This document shows positions 1 through 7,584 of a stretch of 64,000 nt of DNA, one piece after another. Numbering within the stretch: the first letter of the stretch is position 1; each line of letters begins with the position of its first letter. This stretch comes from an uncultured Gemmatimonadales bacterium (lineage in GTDB: Bacteria; Gemmatimonadota; Gemmatimonadetes; Longimicrobiales; Longimicrobiaceae): positions 4,512,001 to 4,576,000 of the forward strand of contig OY970303.1 of NCBI GenBank assembly GCA_963716255.1, read 5' to 3'. Position numbers and translations under genes: made by a program. Under the pieces are notes generated by a model that worked only from the letters and a program-made list of their open reading frames with translations, ran no database searches and was not told where the DNA came from.

Positions 1-31
1 GCGAGCGCGGCCGTGAGGCATGGACGGACGG

Positions 32-877
32 CTACTGCTTGGTGACGACGCCGTTCGGCGCGCAGGGCGTCGCAGGACCGCCCGAGTTGCTCCCCTTCCG
101 GTTCGAGCCGTCGGAAGCGACGGTCCCGCCGCCGCAGACGAAGTCGGTGAGGTTGCCGTAGACGTCGTTGTCGGTGATCCGCACCGTCGCGTTGGCCTGC
201 CCCGCGCCGCCGTTGCCGGCCTGCACCGCGATGCCGTTGTTGACGAGGAGGTTGCTGTCGGCGCTGATGCGGCCGTTGGTCTCGGAGATCAGCGCCCACC
301 CGGAATTGCCGGAGATCACCGAGTTGCTCACCATGGTGTTGCCGAAGGCGACGCGGACCCCGTCGACGTTGTTGGAGATCGTCGAGTTCTTGATCACGAG
401 GCCCCCCCCGCTCGCCATCGCGGAGACCAGGACTCCGGTCTGTGACGCCTGGGAGATGACGACGTTCTCGATGTTGAGCTGCTTGCCGTTGGTGAACCTG
501 ACCCCTACCTGCCCCGTCCCCGCGCCGTTTATGCTGAGGTTGCGAAGCGTCACCACGATGTTGGCGCCGTTGACGTTGACGCCCGAGGCACTCCCGGCGA
601 ACAGGACGCCGGCCATCACCCCGGCGCAGTCGATGGTCATGGACTTGATGATGGTGACCGCGCCGAACCCGCCGGGATCGATGCAGTTGATCTCCCCGCC
701 GGCCGCGGTCTTGGAGATCGCGCCCGCGAAGGTCTTGCACGGAGCCGTGCGCGAGCAGGGATTCACGTCGTCTCCCACGCCCGAGACCCACGTCCGGGTC
801 GCCTGCGCCTGGGAGACCGAAGCCGTGGCAACCACCAGGATGAAGAAACACACCGCCGATGCCAATACGCGTCTCAT
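32..877 (-). CDS. Secreted right-handed beta-helix repeat protein
   Basis: Signal peptide MRRVLASAV...SQAQA, then TRTWVSGVGDDVNPCSRTAPCKTF and N/S/I-rich parallel beta-helix repeats. Start set at ATG 877 behind an AAAGGTGG RBS. Confidence 0.75.
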   Translation of the reverse strand: MRRVLASAVCFFILVVATASVSQAQATRTWVSGVGDDVNPCSRTAPCKTFAGAISKTAAGGEINCIDPGGFGAVTIIKSMTIDCAGVMAGVLFAGSASGVNVNGANIVVTLRNLSINGAGTGQVGVRFTNGKQLNIENVVISQASQTGVLVSAMASGGGLVIKNSTISNNVDGVRVAFGNTMVSNSVISGNSGWALISETNGRISADSNLLVNNGIAVQAGNGGAGQANATVRITDNDVYGNLTDFVCGGGTVASDGSNRKGSNSGGPATPCAPNGVVTKQ

Positions 878-1051
878 GAATCCACCTTTCTGTACGGGAA
901 GAGTTCGATTCCTGCGCGACAATTCGAAAGCATAATACGGATCAGACGTTTCGCCAGGCTCCAGTATGTAAAGCGAGGCGGGAGAGGAGTGGCTGGAATG
1001 CGGCTATCGGTGCGCCCGGCCGGACGTTGCCGTCGGGTAGAGCGCGAAGGG

Positions 1052-2380
1052 TCAGTGCCCCGCCGCCGCCCGCCCCCCGGCCGTCCGGGCGCCCTCCGGC
1101 TCCGGGACCGCCTCCCCGCTGGCGACGATGGCGCGCCGGAAGAGCACCGGCCCCACCGTCTCGTTGACCGCGATCAGCGCCAGGAGCAGCGTGCTGAGCA
1201 CCGCTCCCTGCTCCGGGTACGCGTCCGCCACGATGGTGGCCAGCCCGATCGCCACGCCCGCCTGCGAGATCAGCCCCATCCAGGCGTACCGGAGCTCCGG
1301 CGCGCCGGCCCGCGCCCAGCGGCCGCCCAGCCGCATCCCCGTCCAGATGGCTCCCGCGCGCACCAGCGCGATGGGGAGCACCAGCGGGAAGAGCAGCGCC
1401 ACCTGCTGCACCTGGATCTTGGCGCCCGAGAGCGCGAAGAACACCACGAACACCGGGGCCGCCGAGCGCTCCATGGCGTGCAGCAGCTCCACCCCCTCGC
1501 CCTCGCGCGACACGTTCTCCATCACGAAGCCCGCCGTGAGCAGCGTCAGCAGCACCTCCACGTGCGCCAGGCGCGCGATCTCCTGCCCGAAGAACGCCAC
1601 CAGGATGGCGAAGAACACCAGCTCCCGCCCCACGTAGCGCAGGTAGAGCGCCACCCCGCCGCCCAGCGCCGCCCCCACCAGCAGCGCCCCCCCGATCTCC
1701 CACACCACCACCCCCACCGACGCCGCCGCGGCCGATCCCGTGGGCGGAACCAGCGCCCGCGCGATCCCCAGCGCCGCGCTGAAGAACACCACCACCGCCA
1801 CGTCCGACAGGAGCACGATCCCCAGCGTGGTCCGCGTCACCGGGCCGCGCGCCCCCGTCTCCGTGAGCAGCGCCATGGTCACCGCCGGCGAGTGCACGAT
1901 GGCGATGGAGGCGAAGAGCAGCGCGAACGCCACCACCTGCGCCTCCGACGCGCCCTCCAGGAAGGGAACCCGATCGCGGAAGGCGTACAGCAGCCCGAAG
2001 AGCCCCGCGAAGGAGCACAGCAGTTCCGCCGACATCATCTTGAGGAGGAGCGGGCCGCGGTCGCGCACCTCGCCCCAGCGCAGCTCCGCGCCGGCCAGGA
2101 AGGCGATCAGCGCGATGGCGAGCTGGCTCACCGGCGCCAGCCGGTCCACCCCCGCCGCCGTCACCGTGGCCAGCCCGTACGGCCCGAACGCCACCCCCGC
2201 CGCCAGGTACCCCACGATGCGGGGGAGCCGCACCGCCTTCGCCAGCTCGCCCACCGTGTAGGCCGCCAGGATCAGGAAGCCGAAGGAGAGCAGCGCCTGC
2301 GATCCCTGCCCCTGCGCCCCAAGCGGAAAGATGAGCTGCATGCTCCCCAGCAGGAGCGCCAGGATGAAGAGCCTGCGCAC
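1052..2380 (-). CDS. Cation:proton antiporter (CPA/Na_H_Exchanger-like) membrane protein
   Basis: About 12 TM segments; motifs LPRIVGYL, IAFLAGAEL, SPAVTMA, SDVAVV, SQAGVAIGLA. Confidence 0.8.
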   Translation of the reverse strand: MRRLFILALLLGSMQLIFPLGAQGQGSQALLSFGFLILAAYTVGELAKAVRLPRIVGYLAAGVAFGPYGLATVTAAGVDRLAPVSQLAIALIAFLAGAELRWGEVRDRGPLLLKMMSAELLCSFAGLFGLLYAFRDRVPFLEGASEAQVVAFALLFASIAIVHSPAVTMALLTETGARGPVTRTTLGIVLLSDVAVVVFFSAALGIARALVPPTGSAAAASVGVVVWEIGGALLVGAALGGGVALYLRYVGRELVFFAILVAFFGQEIARLAHVEVLLTLLTAGFVMENVSREGEGVELLHAMERSAAPVFVVFFALSGAKIQVQQVALLFPLVLPIALVRAGAIWTGMRLGGRWARAGAPELRYAWMGLISQAGVAIGLATIVADAYPEQGAVLSTLLLALIAVNETVGPVLFRRAIVASGEAVPEPEGARTAGGRAAAGH

Positions 2381-2381
2381 C

Positions 2382-3614
2382 TCAGCCCTCCCGCCCCGGG
2401 CCGGCCGCCGCGAAGCGGTCCGCCTGCCGCCGCCGCGCCGAGCCCACCACCGACTCCGCCAGCCGCGCCGAGGCCACGTCCGTGAGGATCACCGAGACCA
2501 CCGCGGCCGTGAAGACGATGTTGGCGAGCGGCGCCCCCTCCTGCTGCAGGTAGTTGAGGGCGACCGCCACGGCCAGGCCGCCCTGCCCCAGCAGAGCCCG
2601 CCCCCATCCCCACCCCAGCGCCGGGAGGGCGCGGTTGAAGCGCGCGGCCAGGTTCGCGCCCCCCACCTTGGCCGCCGAGCGCACCGCCACGAACACCAGC
2701 ACGGGGACCACCCAGGCCCGCGTGCTGGGCACCCAGGCCGCCCCCGCGAAGATGAGGAGCACGAAGTAGAGCGGGCGCTCCACGGCGCCCAGGGCGCGGC
2801 GGATCTCCTCCCGGTTCCCCGAGGTGTTCGCCAGGATCGCCCCGATCAGCATGGTGGGGAGCAGGGGCGAGAGGCGCAGGTAGGCCGCGGCGCCGCTCGC
2901 CAGGATGGTGGCCCCGGCCAGCCCGATGAACAGGCGGTCCACCTTGCGCTCGTTCCCCAGGAAGAGGTGGAAGAGCGCGCCTCCCACGCAGCCGATCGCC
3001 ACGCTGATCACCGCCCACTCCGTGGCCGTGGGCGGGCGCACGGCGGAGGAGGCGGGCGGGCCGTGACCCAGCGTGAGCAGCAGCGAAAAGGCCACGATCG
3101 CCACCAGCGCGTCGATGGCGGTGGCGAGCTGGAGCTGCCTCACCACCGGGCCGCGCCACCCCAGGCGCCGCGCCACCAGCCCGATCCCCGTGGGCGCGGA
3201 GGCGGTCGCCACCGCGCCCAGCGCCACCGCGGGAAAGATCGCCTCCTCCGGGAGCGTCCCCAGCAGCGCGGTGAACACCCCCAGCATGGCCGCGGAGACC
3301 GCCGCGAGCGTCAGCGCCGCCTCGAAGAAGGCGATGCGGAAGAGCGGCGCGGGAATGCGCACCAGCTCGGGGAGGGAGAACTGCGCCCCCACCACCACCC
3401 CCACCCACCCCAGCGCCAGCGTCAGGAAGGGGGCGAAGCCGCCGAACACGTCCGCGCCGATCACGCCGGACACCTGCGGGCCCAGGAGGATCCCCAGCAG
3501 CAGGTACTCCGCGCCGGAGACCACCAGGAAGCGCCGGCCCAGCCAGTCCGAGGCCACGTGCGCCGCCAGGTAGCCGCCGACGACCACCACGATCAGGATC
3601 AGTGCCGAGCTCAT
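2382..3614 (-). CDS. Second CPA-like antiporter membrane protein, coupled to the next gene
   Basis: Multi-TM protein, EYLLLGILLGP and GQGGLAVAVALNY motifs; stop 1 nt before the start of 1052..2380. Confidence 0.7.
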   Translation of the reverse strand: MSSALILIVVVVGGYLAAHVASDWLGRRFLVVSGAEYLLLGILLGPQVSGVIGADVFGGFAPFLTLALGWVGVVVGAQFSLPELVRIPAPLFRIAFFEAALTLAAVSAAMLGVFTALLGTLPEEAIFPAVALGAVATASAPTGIGLVARRLGWRGPVVRQLQLATAIDALVAIVAFSLLLTLGHGPPASSAVRPPTATEWAVISVAIGCVGGALFHLFLGNERKVDRLFIGLAGATILASGAAAYLRLSPLLPTMLIGAILANTSGNREEIRRALGAVERPLYFVLLIFAGAAWVPSTRAWVVPVLVFVAVRSAAKVGGANLAARFNRALPALGWGWGRALLGQGGLAVAVALNYLQQEGAPLANIVFTAAVVSVILTDVASARLAESVVGSARRRQADRFAAAGPGREG

Positions 3615-3655
3615 TCCGAATAACGACGGGTTGAACAGCTCTGAAGGGCGGGTTC

Positions 3656-3789
3656 GGGCGTGCCCCCGGCTGTCGCCGGGGTCGGGCTTCGGCTCCGTAA
3701 GCCCGCAAACAACGCGGGCTAACGGAGTCGAGCCCCGGCGGAAACAGCCCCGCCGGGTCTCGCCCCTTCGGGCCGAAATCCCTCACGCG
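3656..3789 (-). repeat. R1 structured repeat, copy 1
   Basis: Reverse complement of GCGTGAGGGATTTCGGCCCGAAGGGGCGAGAC...GGCTCGACTCCGT...ACGGAGCCGAAGCCCGACCCCGGC...GGCACGCCC. Confidence 0.95.
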
Positions 3790-3852
3790 GGCATCGCGCT
3801 GGCGTCCGCTGTGGGCCCCCACGCTACGCACCACCCCCTGCGTCGTGCCGTT

Positions 3853-3890
3853 CTCCCCTCCCCCTTGCGGGGAGGGGTCGGGGGAGGGGG
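3853..3890. repeat. CCCTC-rich companion hairpin (type B) beside R1
   Basis: CCCCTCCCCCTTGCGGGGAGGGG; similar hairpins at 16352, 26616, 51584, 54812 and 58200. Confidence 0.7.
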
Positions 3891-3937
3891 TCGCCGTTGC
3901 AGGCTGTTCCCTGTTCCCTGCCGTCCGCAAACGACGA

Positions 3938-3968
3938 GGACCGGCCGCCCGCGAGGGGCGGCCGGTCC
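3938..3968 (-). terminator. Strong hairpin immediately 3' of the tRNA-like RNA
   Basis: Perfect 13-bp stem GGACCGGCCGCCC/GGGCGGCCGGTCC, followed on the minus strand by a weak U tract (TCGTCGTTTG). Confidence 0.55.
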
Positions 3969-3972
3969 CAGG

Positions 3973-4105
3973 GAACGCCGGCCGGACTCGAACCGGCAGG
4001 CGGCGGTGCAGGGCCGACCGCGTGAATCCCTGCACGCCGCCGCGGGAGACCTCGTCACTGCTCAGCTACTCTCCCCGCGTGTCTTCCGGACCACGCCGCA
4101 GCGCC
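3973..4105 (-). ncRNA. tRNA-like non-coding RNA (non-canonical cloverleaf)
   Basis: Minus strand: acceptor GGCGCTG/CGGCGTT; D-arm GCGT-GGTCCGGAAGAC-ACGC; stem GGGAGA/TCTCCC with a 20-nt loop; 14-bp variable arm; T-arm GCCGG-TTCGAGT-CCGGC; no CCA. Confidence 0.65.
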
Positions 4106-4325
4106 CCACGGGTGCCTCGGCAGCGGACGCCGGGCCTCCCTCACGGCGCGCCCCCTCCTCTGTCCACGGGCGGCCGATCCTCGTACCCCCTGCGCTTCCG
4201 GCGCGGGTACGGACGGGAGTGCATCTCCGCTCGTCGCCGAACGGCACCACGCCCGCAGCGGCCCGCAAGATCCAAGCCCGGTACCCCGTCCGCGGGCCCT
4301 TCCCGCCCCTTCAACGCCGCCCGGC

Positions 4326-6182
4326 TCAGGCCGCCGACTGCGGCATCTCCCCGGTGGACTCCAGCGTCAGCTTCACCACCACCGGCGTCCTGGGGGGCTC
4401 CTCCGGCTCCCCCTGGACGTCCGGTGCGTCCGGCTCCTCCGGCGGCGGCGGGAGCAGGTGGTCCAGCGGGACGGCGCCGTCCGCCATGCCGCGGCGCAGC
4501 GGGTCGCCGATCCACGCCGCCAGGCGCTGCATGAAGCGCCACACGTCGCCGTCGCCGGGGTGCAGGTAGCTGGGCTGCGACGAATCGGTGCCCATGCGCT
4601 CGAACACCTGCGTCAGCCACTCCGGCCCGTGCCCGCCCACCTCCAGCTGCCTGAGCCAGCACTCCAGCTCCCCGGTGGGGACCACGAACACCCCGTACGT
4701 GGCGAGGCTATCCAGCAGGTGCTCCGCCTCGGCGCGGGGGTCGCGCGGCAGGTTGCGGATCCCGCCGTCCTTGTAGTCGTCGCTCCGCAGCTTCTGCTGG
4801 AGCAGGGCGCGCGAGTGCTCCCAGTGCTCCGCGAACACCTCCGGCACGAAGGCCGAGCGGAGCAGGTCGCGGAAGTCGTCCCTCCCCTTGACGATGTCCA
4901 GGTCCACCACCGCCGCGGCCGGGATCCCCATCTCCCGCAGCGGGCGCAGGATCCGGCGGATGGTCTGCTTGTTCTGCGCGTTCAGGAAGATGCAGCCGTC
5001 CGCCCCGCCGCGCCCCTCCGCCAGCAGCCGCTCGTTGATCTCCTGGTAGAACACCCGGTCCGCGTCCGCCTCGCAGACGATGGCGCCCTCGTGGAAGAGC
5101 GCCCCCAGCACGCCGGTGGAGCGCAGCAGCGGGTCGCGCATCATGGTCTGCAGCTTGTCCGCGCGCAGCAGCGTCGCGCCGGCCACCCCGCCCTTGTGGG
5201 TCAGGCGGACGATGTTGACCCGCTTGCCGGCCTGCACGCACCCCATCAGGAACTCCGGGCTGTGCGTGGCCGCCAGCACCCGCGCGTCGCGCTCCGCGGC
5301 CAGCTGCGTCAGCCGCTTCCCCAGCTTTCGGGTGAGCGGCGGGTGCAGGAACGCCTCCGGCTCGTCCACCAGCATGATGCGGTAGTCCGCGCTCAGAACC
5401 GCCGCCGTCAGGCCGGTGAACGCCTTGACGCCGTCGCTCATCTCCTCGATGTCGGCGGCGGCCGCGTGAAAGGCGCGCGCCCGCTCGTCCAGCGCCTGCT
5501 CCTCCGCGTCGTCGTCCGGGGCCCGCGCCGACAGGCGGATGCGCAATTGCGTTCCCCCCGTGGGGTCCAGCACGAAGTGCAGCCCGAAGGCGTCCGCCGT
5601 GATCTCCCGGATGCGCCGGCGCGCCTCGTCGTCGCGGAACAGCGCCGACAGGTGATTGGTGGGGTGCAGCTGGAGGTCGCCCATGGGGCGCGGGTAGGTG
5701 AGCGCCAGCCGCGTGCGCCCGTCCAGCCGGATGGTGAACAGCGTGAAGAAGTCGCGGCAGAGCCGGGCGAACTCCTCCTCCGTGGGCGGCGCGCCGGCAC
5801 CCAGGACGCGCAGCACCTCGCGCAGGTCCACGAGCTGCTCGGTGGGGAGGTCCTCCAGGTCCGTCGCGCGCTTCCGGACGAACTCGCCCATGGGCTTCAG
5901 GCGCGACACGCGCACCCACCCTTCCGGCAGCGCCCCGCCCTCCACCCGGCGGGCCTCCACCATCCGCGCCGCGTCTTCCGGCCCGGGAAGGTGCATCTCC
6001 ATGTGGCCCACGATCCTCCGGTCCCCCGTGCCGCCCGTCTCCAGGAACTCCTCCACCTCGCGCAGCGCGAGGCTCTTCCCCGAATTGTTGGGGCCCACGA
6101 ACACGGTCATCGGCCCCGGCGCGAACTCCAGCGGGAGCACGCTGCCGCTCGGCCCGAAGCGGAGGGCAAGGCTCTTCAGCAT
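4326..6182 (-). CDS. ABC/AAA_21-type ATPase with Toprim-like C-terminal domain (OLD-family-like ATP-dependent nuclease)
   Basis: Walker A GPNNSGKS, signature-like MSDG, Walker B MLVDEPE, H-loop ATHSP, then CEADAD (Toprim Glu) and VVDLD (DxD). Start MLKSLALRF at 6182. Confidence 0.75.
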   Translation of the reverse strand: MLKSLALRFGPSGSVLPLEFAPGPMTVFVGPNNSGKSLALREVEEFLETGGTGDRRIVGHMEMHLPGPEDAARMVEARRVEGGALPEGWVRVSRLKPMGEFVRKRATDLEDLPTEQLVDLREVLRVLGAGAPPTEEEFARLCRDFFTLFTIRLDGRTRLALTYPRPMGDLQLHPTNHLSALFRDDEARRRIREITADAFGLHFVLDPTGGTQLRIRLSARAPDDDAEEQALDERARAFHAAAADIEEMSDGVKAFTGLTAAVLSADYRIMLVDEPEAFLHPPLTRKLGKRLTQLAAERDARVLAATHSPEFLMGCVQAGKRVNIVRLTHKGGVAGATLLRADKLQTMMRDPLLRSTGVLGALFHEGAIVCEADADRVFYQEINERLLAEGRGGADGCIFLNAQNKQTIRRILRPLREMGIPAAAVVDLDIVKGRDDFRDLLRSAFVPEVFAEHWEHSRALLQQKLRSDDYKDGGIRNLPRDPRAEAEHLLDSLATYGVFVVPTGELECWLRQLEVGGHGPEWLTQVFERMGTDSSQPSYLHPGDGDVWRFMQRLAAWIGDPLRRGMADGAVPLDHLLPPPPEEPDAPDVQGEPEEPPRTPVVVKLTLESTGEMPQSAA

Positions 6183-6334
6183 CGGCAGGCCCCGGGTGCG
6201 GGGAGTGGGAATCGGCGCCGCGGAGCGCCGCGCGGGCGCGCCGGGCCAGGACGAAAAATGCCAGAAACGCGCCACCGCGCCGGAACGGATGTGCCGCCCC
6301 GCCCCCCATCCCCATCCGCCCGGCCCCGGCTCTC

Positions 6335-6383
6335 TTGACGCAGAGCACCCCGCCATGAACATTTAGGCAGTTGTCTAAATGTT
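6335..6383 (+). promoter_or_regulatory. Promoter and operator palindrome upstream of sdpR-sdpI
   Basis: TTGACG at 6335-6340; inverted repeat AACATTTAG-GCAGTTGT-CTAAATGTT at 6358-6383, AT-rich in a GC-rich context. Confidence 0.7.
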
Positions 6384-6403
6384 GGTCCCCACACGGTGCC
6401 GCC

Positions 6404-6676
6404 ATGCTCGACCGGACCATCCGCGCCCTCGCCGACCCCACCCGCCGGGAGATCCTGCGGGCACTGCGGGACGGCGACCTGGCGGCGGGGGAGATCGCGG
6501 CCCGCTTCCCCATCACCGCCGCCTCCGTCTCGCACCACCTGGCCACGCTGCGCGAGGCGGAGCTGGTGACGGTGGAGCGGCGGGGAAAGAGCCTGGTGTA
6601 CTCGGTGAACACCACCGTGCTGCACGACTTCGTGCAGGGCATGCTCGACCTTTTCGGAACCGGGGAGGAGCGATGA
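6404..6676 (+). CDS. sdpR: ArsR/SmtB-family repressor, SdpR-like
   Basis: ALADPTRREIL...AGEIA...SVSHHLATLREAELV..ERRGK; overlaps the sdpI-like start (ATGA). Confidence 0.8.
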   Translation: MLDRTIRALADPTRREILRALRDGDLAAGEIAARFPITAASVSHHLATLREAELVTVERRGKSLVYSVNTTVLHDFVQGMLDLFGTGEER

Positions 6677-7311
6677 GACGCAGGCCGTTCGCGCCGCTGC
6701 TGCTGGCCGCGATGTGGGCGTTCGCGGGGGTGGTGTTCCGCCGGCTTCCTGCGGAGATCCCCACCCACTGGAACCTGGCCGGAGAGGTGGACGGGTGGGG
6801 GCCGCGCTTCCCGGCCGCCTTCCTGGCCCCCGCCGTCGCCACCGGGGTGTGGCTGCTGATGCGCTTCCAGGCGAGCATCGACCCGCGCCGCGACGAGGTG
6901 GAGCGCTCCACGCCCACGCGCAGGCTGCTGGCCGGGATCCTGGTGGCGTTCATGGCCGTGGTAGAGGTGCTGACGCTGGGGATCGCGCTGGGGTGGCCGC
7001 TGGACATGGGCGAGGCCATGTGGCCGCTGCTGGGGCTGCTCTTCGTGGCGCTGGGCAACTACATGCCGCGGGTGCGGCCCAACTGGTTCCTGGGGGTGCG
7101 CACGCCCTGGACGCTGGCCAGCGACGCGGTGTGGCGGGACACGCACCGTCTGGCGGGATGGGCGTTCGTGGGGGCCGGGGTGCTGACGGCGGGGGCCATG
7201 TTCCTGCCGGTGCATGCCCGGCCGTACGTGGGCATGGCGGCGCTGCTGCTGGCGGCCGGGGTGCCGCTGGTGTACTCGTTCGTCCGCTGGCGGCGTGAGC
7301 CGCGCAGGTAA
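6673..7311 (+). CDS. sdpI: SdpI-family immunity membrane protein (DUF1648 + SdpI)
   Basis: LPAEIPTHWNLAGEVDGWG and GNYMPRVRPNWFLGVRTPWTLASDAVWRDTHR motifs. Confidence 0.85.
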   Translation: MRRRPFAPLLLAAMWAFAGVVFRRLPAEIPTHWNLAGEVDGWGPRFPAAFLAPAVATGVWLLMRFQASIDPRRDEVERSTPTRRLLAGILVAFMAVVEVLTLGIALGWPLDMGEAMWPLLGLLFVALGNYMPRVRPNWFLGVRTPWTLASDAVWRDTHRLAGWAFVGAGVLTAGAMFLPVHARPYVGMAALLLAAGVPLVYSFVRWRREPRR

Positions 7312-7345
7312 GGGGTTTCGGGTGCGTCTCCGGGTGGTTCGGCGG

Positions 7346-7475
7346 GCCGCTCCGGAGCCGGACGATACAGCCGTCCGTCTCCTGCGCGGGCTCCGGGAGC
7401 CACCGGAAAACTGCCCCGGTGTCTCCCTTCGCCGGAGGGAGCCTCGCCCAACAGCCGGCGAGTCTCCCTCCGAAC
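7346..7475 (+). repeat. R2 structured repeat, copy A (three GAGCC..GTCTC hairpin modules)
   Basis: GAGCC-GGACG-ATACAGC-CGTCC-GTCTC; GAGCC-ACCGG-AAAACTGCC-CCGGT-GTCTC; GAGCC-TCGCC-CAACAGCC-GGCGA-GTCTC. Confidence 0.9.
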
Positions 7476-7584
7476 AGGATCATGTGGGTACTGCGGAACT
7501 GCAACGGCAACGGCGAATGGCACGGCCCGCCGTTGCGTGCTCCGTTCCGCCGGCCACTCTCGCACTTCGTCTACAGGTGACGCC

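Noticed and set aside
168..935. 255-aa ORF antisense to the beta-helix gene
   Set aside because: Mirror-frame ORF; the minus-strand protein has a signal peptide and family motifs.
3973..4105. Canonical tRNA (e.g. Leu-GAG from CTGAGCA), tRNA-Sec or tmRNA
   Set aside because: The CTGAGCA heptamer is not closed by a proper stem, there is no UCA anticodon or CCA, and it is too short for a tmRNA with a tag ORF.
4141..4224. Small ORF MHSRPYPRRKRRGYEDRPPVDRGGGAP upstream of the tRNA-like RNA
   Set aside because: The RBS abuts the start and there is no recognisable motif; not supportable as a gene.
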